Origin: a virus
Reading direction: 5' to 3' (one strand)
Virus genome (UHGV): UHGV-2083606
Length of the DNA: 50,236 nucleotides
A program made the translations under genes and the position numbers. The notes beneath the pieces were generated by a model that was given only the letters and a program-made list of their open reading frames with translations, did no database searches and was not told where the DNA came from. Positions 45,767 to 50,236 of the stretch are shown piece by piece (position 1 is the first letter of the stretch; each line of letters begins with the position of its first letter).

Positions 45767-46327
45767 CTATAGTTCTGCTTTCTGTTCATTTGCTACTCTT
45801 AATAATTCTGCTTCAAGTTGTTTATAATAGTCCCTTACTTCTTCTTCCTGCTCCTGTGTTCCACTTACTTCCAATCCATCCAATACTATACCATTTTCAA
45901 GTGTTGTATTCCATTCATTTGTTATAATTCCATCCGTTCCAATTTTAATCGCACAAACAATAAAAGATATAATACCTTTATATGCTGTTACTTTTCTGCT
46001 TAGTTCCCAGCTAAATGTTACATAATCTTCTCCGTCTGTTGCTAGGTCTGTTACAATATATTTGTCTTTTCCGCTTTCCAACCCGCTTGCATTTTGATAA
46101 ATAACTCTTAAGTCTAGCTTACTTAAATCTATTCCATTTCCAACAAACCTTTTACATCTGAAATATTTTCTTTCACCTTTTTCATCACTCATTACACCGA
46201 ATATTCTTTCTGTGTCTGGTATAATCATTGTTCTTGTATCTGCATCTATCTCTATTACATCATTTGTTTCTGTTGTTTCTTTTACTGCTACTTCTTCCTC
46301 ATTTAACAGTTCATCTACACTAAGCAC
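45767..46327 (-). CDS. hypothetical protein
   Basis: ORF. Confidence 0.45.
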   Translation of the reverse strand: MLSVDELLNEEEVAVKETTETNDVIEIDADTRTMIIPDTERIFGVMSDEKGERKYFRCKRFVGNGIDLSKLDLRVIYQNASGLESGKDKYIVTDLATDGEDYVTFSWELSRKVTAYKGIISFIVCAIKIGTDGIITNEWNTTLENGIVLDGLEVSGTQEQEEEVRDYYKQLEAELLRVANEQKAEL

Positions 46328-46341
46328 TTCTTACACCTCCT

Positions 46342-46650
46342 TTATGTTTGTTCTATATATGCTCTATTTGTTGTTATTCTTGTTTTGTTACTTTTTCCTG
46401 TTAATTCAAAATAAAACATACTTCCATGTGTTACTGTTACTGGAACTATAACTCTATCTTGTAGAATTTCATTTGTTTGTTTTCCATCTACATCATAGAA
46501 ACTTATAACTCTTTTTGTTTCTTTCCATTCTTGATTAAAATGAAATACCAAACACAAATAATTATCAGAACCCCTTACAATGTTTTCAAAATCACATTGT
46601 TTGTTTCTTCTTAATAACTGTCCAGTAACATCAAAGTGTAATTCTCTCAT
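46342..46650 (-). CDS. hypothetical protein
   Basis: ORF. Confidence 0.45.
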   Translation of the reverse strand: MRELHFDVTGQLLRRNKQCDFENIVRGSDNYLCLVFHFNQEWKETKRVISFYDVDGKQTNEILQDRVIVPVTVTHGSMFYFELTGKSNKTRITTNRAYIEQT

Positions 46651-46907
46651 TGCTTTCCACCTCGCCTAATTATTCCGCTTGCCACTGTTCTTTCTACTGT
46701 TTCATCATGTTCTATATTTACTGGTTCTGAATCATAAGTTGCAAATACTGGCTCTCTTTCTTCTATGATTGCCATGCACAACTCTATACCATTGTACAAA
46801 CCGCAACTATAATCATCACCAATTTTTTGTTCTTGTATTCCTTTTAACTGTTTTATACTATTCTTAATTGTTTTTAATTTCTTCCAACTTCTCAACATTC
46901 TTAGCAC
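46647..46907 (-). CDS. hypothetical protein
   Basis: ORF, 4-nt overlap with the downstream gene. Confidence 0.4.
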   Translation of the reverse strand: MLRMLRSWKKLKTIKNSIKQLKGIQEQKIGDDYSCGLYNGIELCMAIIEEREPVFATYDSEPVNIEHDETVERTVASGIIRRGGKQ

Positions 46908-46966
46908 CTCCTGTGAGCTTCTATTTACCGCATATATTCCATTTTTATTACTTACCCTTACAACTC

Positions 46967-48325
46967 CTAACCATGCTTACTGTTTGTCTTTATTTGCTTA
47001 ATATCGGCTACTGTATACTGGTCTAACGCATACCATAAGGCACTAAACGTGTGCGGGTCGATATTAAATTCATCATATATTACATTTCCATTTGCATCTT
47101 TCGCATATGTCAAATCTTTCAATTCCTTTATTGTATTCCTACACTTAGGTGAACAAACAATCTTTTTAAAACGTTTCATCTTCTTTGTGTTCTGTAACCT
47201 ACTTCCTACATACTTTTTACAAGCATACATATTAAAACCCTCTTGCCTGTAATACTGTATAGCTTTTGGCTCTGCTGAATCCGCAAATATTGGTTTCTTA
47301 CACCTCTCAGCTCTTTGCTTTGTTTTCTTTACTCCATCCAACAGAATGAATTTGTTATCTGTTATATGATTTCTATATACTTCATCATAGATATATAGTA
47401 TTTTGTTTTTGTCATCTACTGCACAACTTATCAATGCATTATAGCTTGTTTCAAAGCCAAAGTCCAAACCAAAGAAATGATATTTGCTTGGTATGTTTGC
47501 TATTGTGTTTGTAAATTGTTTTGCGTCCTTTGCAATCGTAAACTGTGGTAATACTCTTGTTCCACTTGCTCCAAATCTTCCCCACCTTGCTACTGCCCAT
47601 AAGTGTGGGTCATTAATCTTTAATCCATCAAGACGCTTTATATATGATGCTGGCAAGAATGGATTATCGTCTGCAATACTATGATGATAATATACTCCAT
47701 TCTTTTTGTTTACTAGTGTTCTTCTTTTGTATATCTCCTGTTCTTCCTGTATTACGTGTTCTTTTCCTTTATCATCTGTATGAACAAAAAATGTATTGTA
47801 TACCCAGTTCTCTTTCCCTACTGGGTTTGTTGTCATAATAAAGTGTAGTGACATCTTAGGCTCTCTAATGCGTCCTAGAAGCTCTGTATAAGCATCATAA
47901 CGTATTTCACTGCACTCTTCCATCCAAACAATAGATACACCATGTATGGACTTTATCTTCTCTACATTGTCCATTCCTCTAAATATAATTCTGCTACCAT
48001 TTGAAAATCTTACTTCCATTGGTGACATAACCGCTACAGCCTTTCCATTCTTAGGCAAGTGCTGATTAGGTAACGATTCATCACTTAACATGTTCATCTT
48101 TTCTAGTATTTCTTTGAATAATGCAAAACATGACTCTTTTATTGTTCCATATACCTGTCTTACAACAAGACAGGTTCTTCTTTCTTCTAATAGTTTTAAT
48201 ATGATTTTAAGTGCTACATGGTAACTCTTACCACTACCATATCCACCAAATAAAAGGTATTGTTCATAATTCCAATCTGTTAAAAAAGTGGAGAACCTTT
48301 TCGAAACATCAATATTAACATCCAT
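46967..48325 (-). CDS. terminase large subunit
   Basis: Walker A GGYGSGKS, Walker B VWMEE, C-terminal nuclease domain (GLDFGFETS, ADSAEP). Confidence 0.9.
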   Translation of the reverse strand: MDVNIDVSKRFSTFLTDWNYEQYLLFGGYGSGKSYHVALKIILKLLEERRTCLVVRQVYGTIKESCFALFKEILEKMNMLSDESLPNQHLPKNGKAVAVMSPMEVRFSNGSRIIFRGMDNVEKIKSIHGVSIVWMEECSEIRYDAYTELLGRIREPKMSLHFIMTTNPVGKENWVYNTFFVHTDDKGKEHVIQEEQEIYKRRTLVNKKNGVYYHHSIADDNPFLPASYIKRLDGLKINDPHLWAVARWGRFGASGTRVLPQFTIAKDAKQFTNTIANIPSKYHFFGLDFGFETSYNALISCAVDDKNKILYIYDEVYRNHITDNKFILLDGVKKTKQRAERCKKPIFADSAEPKAIQYYRQEGFNMYACKKYVGSRLQNTKKMKRFKKIVCSPKCRNTIKELKDLTYAKDANGNVIYDEFNIDPHTFSALWYALDQYTVADIKQIKTNSKHG

Positions 48326-48447
48326 GCTTCTTTTTCTCCTTTCTGTTTTGACTTGTTTGTAATAACAGAAAAGGACAGATACATCACTGTGTATCTGCCT
48401 TTCTGTTTGAATTAATTATACCATATTATATTTTATACGTCAATGCT

Positions 48448-48969
48448 TTACTTGAATATTTTATCTAAAATATCTCCAAGATTATTAACTACTTTATCCA
48501 TTGTTTTAAACAGTTCTTCATAAGATTCTCCATACACTTCTTTCATGCATTCATCTCTGTGATTAATAAGATTCTCAAATATTGCATTTTTCATTTTCAA
48601 ATCTTCATCTTTAATTTCGCTCATGCACATCACTGAACCGACTGCATTCATAATTGTTGCTTGACTTTCAAGCAGAGTATCAATCTTTCTCTTTAATACA
48701 TCTAACTTGCTTTCTTCATTAATTTCTTTTGTTTCTTTCATTTCTTCTCTCTGCTGCTCACTTTTACTTTCAACAACTTCGAACACTTCTTTTCTCCATT
48801 TAATTACATTCTCTAAATGGTATGAACCAAACCCAATGTTATGATACTTTCTTCCAACTTTCCTATACATAATTTCATAATATGGCTTGAGTTTACTGTC
48901 TACAAGAATCGCATCATCTACAATTATCTTAATATCATACACTGGTATTTTCTTTTCATATTCACACAT
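48448..48969 (-). CDS. hypothetical protein (possible small terminase subunit, by position only)
   Basis: 173-aa ORF immediately upstream of the large terminase gene. No recognisable HTH. Confidence 0.35.
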   Translation of the reverse strand: MCEYEKKIPVYDIKIIVDDAILVDSKLKPYYEIMYRKVGRKYHNIGFGSYHLENVIKWRKEVFEVVESKSEQQREEMKETKEINEESKLDVLKRKIDTLLESQATIMNAVGSVMCMSEIKDEDLKMKNAIFENLINHRDECMKEVYGESYEELFKTMDKVVNNLGDILDKIFK

Positions 48970-49030
48970 GTTTTGTACTTCCTTTCTGAAATAGATATTT
49001 ATTTGTTTTCTTTTAGGCTTTACTACCTAA

Positions 49031-49103
49031 TGGAGCATGTGGGACTCGAACCTACAACTTACCGCTTATGAGGCGGTTGCTCTAACCATTGAACTAATGC
49101 TCC
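49031..49103 (-). tRNA. tRNA-Met: tRNA with CAU anticodon (Met, or Ile2 if lysidine-modified)
   Basis: Manual fold: 7-bp acceptor GGAGCAT/ATGCTCC, D-arm GTTC/GAGC, anticodon stem ACCGC/GCGGT with loop CTCATAA, T-arm with GGTTCGAGTCC. No encoded CCA. Confidence 0.75.
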
Positions 49104-49190
49104 TTATGTGTTGCTTTCATGCGCTTGAACACTACTCACAACACTTTAGCAAGAAAAGAAATTTGGTTTGCACACCTTTTATAGTGTGCA

Positions 49191-49262
49191 ACTGCCTAGG
49201 TTGGATTCGAACCAACGAATGCAGGAGTCAAATTCCTGTGCCTTTCCACTTGGCTACTAGGC
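49191..49262 (-). tRNA. tRNA-Gln: tRNA-Gln (UUG)
   Basis: Manual fold: perfect 7-bp acceptor, anticodon stem CAGGA/TCCTG with loop ATTTGAC, T-arm GTTGG-TTCGAAT-CCAAC. Confidence 0.7.
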
Positions 49263-49426
49263 AATGTTATTGTTTTCATTACGGCAATAATTGCTCACAA
49301 TAACTTTTATGAAAGAAATAATTTTAAGTTGTGTTTTAATGACTTTAACACCTGTCAAACTTTTCAGCAAGTTCCTTTGATATTTTGAAATCACTTCATT
49401 TGTCTCTGTTCTGATTCTGTATGTTT

Positions 49427-49636
49427 TCATTTGTTTTCTCTCCTACCATAATTATAAACTAAACCATGGTCTTTTCTTTCATCATAAGATGCAACAATAT
49501 TTCCCGAAATATTATCATACAATTTATATCTGCATCCTGCGCTCTTTACTGTTACATCATAAATATACATACTTCTTAATTTGTAACAAAAATCATTATA
49601 ACTATTTGCCTTTACTGTAATAATTGTTTTCTTCAT
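49427..49636 (-). CDS. hypothetical small protein
   Basis: ORF with GGAGA ribosome-binding site. Confidence 0.4.
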   Translation of the reverse strand: MKKTIITVKANSYNDFCYKLRSMYIYDVTVKSAGCRYKLYDNISGNIVASYDERKDHGLVYNYGRRENK

Positions 49637-49689
49637 TGTTCTGTTCTCCTTATTTGTTATCTTTTACTGTTTTCCTTGTTTCTGATTAT

Positions 49690-49718
49690 ATATTAACATA
49701 ATTACTTGTGTTTGTCAA
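49690..49718 (-). promoter_or_regulatory. putative sigma70-type promoter (TTGACA-17-TAATAT)
   Basis: Minus-strand hexamers upstream of gene 49427..49636. Shares ATATTAACATA with two other promoters. Confidence 0.35.
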
Positions 49719-49727
49719 CAACTATTT

Positions 49728-50030
49728 TTAATTGTTTACCATATCTAAAAAGAAATCAATATCTTCATCAGCATTGTGTAAACTATCTAAATCTATATTT
49801 TTGTATTTCTCTTCTAACTCTATATTCCTATCAATTCTCTGCCTTTCATCAGCATAATAACTTCTTATTACACTTGCAGGTGTTCCGTTTGTTCTTTCTA
49901 ATGGAAAAATGCTGTATCCTCTATAAATAAACATTCCAGTATCTTTGTCATATATCATATTATATTTCATTTCTTTATTCATCTTTGTTCCTCCTGTTTT
50001 GTCAACTACTTTTTTATACTTGAAGTGCAA
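49728..50030 (-). CDS. hypothetical protein
   Basis: ORF. Confidence 0.45.
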   Translation of the reverse strand: MHFKYKKVVDKTGGTKMNKEMKYNMIYDKDTGMFIYRGYSIFPLERTNGTPASVIRSYYADERQRIDRNIELEEKYKNIDLDSLHNADEDIDFFLDMVNN

Positions 50031-50236
50031 CCTTACAAATACCTAAATCAACAATTTGAACACTATCACTTTTAATGACTTCCTGTACATCCTCCTTTTC
50101 TAATGGTTCATATAGTAATTCTTTCCATGTTATTCTCATATTTAGCTTTATTCTATTGTAGAACTTCTCTGCTTGTTCTTTTGACATATAATCGCTACGC
50201 TCTATACGTTCACTATCGTTTCCAAATCTTACAACA

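Noticed and set aside
49990-50010. TTGACA hexamer at about 49999 as a promoter.
   Set aside because: It sits directly on the ribosome-binding site and start region of gene 49728..50030, with no -10 element at the proper spacing.
1-50236. Integrase, repressor, att sites and CRISPR arrays.
   Set aside because: None were found. No tyrosine or serine recombinase motifs, no long direct repeats at the window edges, and no repeat-spacer arrays. Prophage status versus free phage cannot be decided from this window.

Overview
This 50.2-kb window is AT-rich (roughly 30% GC) and densely coding. Every credible gene lies on the minus strand, and the gene content is that of a tailed, siphovirus-like phage, or a prophage, of a low-GC Firmicute. 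The host is probably a spore-forming Clostridia-like bacterium. Described 5' to 3' on the minus strand, the order is as follows.

- **High-coordinate end:** two tRNAs (CAU and UUG anticodons).
- **Packaging, lysis and head genes (48.3 to 38.0 kb):** large terminase, an unusual lysis cassette (XhlA-like protein, holin, NlpC/P60 endolysin), portal, MuF-like head morphogenesis protein, scaffold, lambda gpD-like decoration protein and lambda gpE-like major capsid protein.
- **Tail genes (38.0 to 27.7 kb):** connectors, major tail protein, G/GT-type tail chaperone, 1011-aa tape measure, Dit, Tal, and a receptor-binding protein with Listeria-Bacteroides repeats.
- **Accessory stretch (27.7 to 23.0 kb):** small proteins of unknown function.
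- **Replication and recombination module (23.0 to 0.4 kb):** primase, gp32-like SSB, DnaE-type polymerase split by a group I intron, RecA, Cas4-like nuclease, RuvC, a degenerate AAA_5 ATPase, Lar-like anti-restriction protein, RNase H, ParB-like nuclease and an SplB-like radical SAM protein.

Many transcription units are bounded by intrinsic terminators that are immediately followed by near-consensus sigma70-type promoters (TTGACA-17-TATAAT). No integrase, att site or CRISPR array is visible.

The plus-strand ORFs in the six-frame track are antisense artefacts. Coordinates of regulatory motifs were counted by hand and may be off by 1 to 2 nt.
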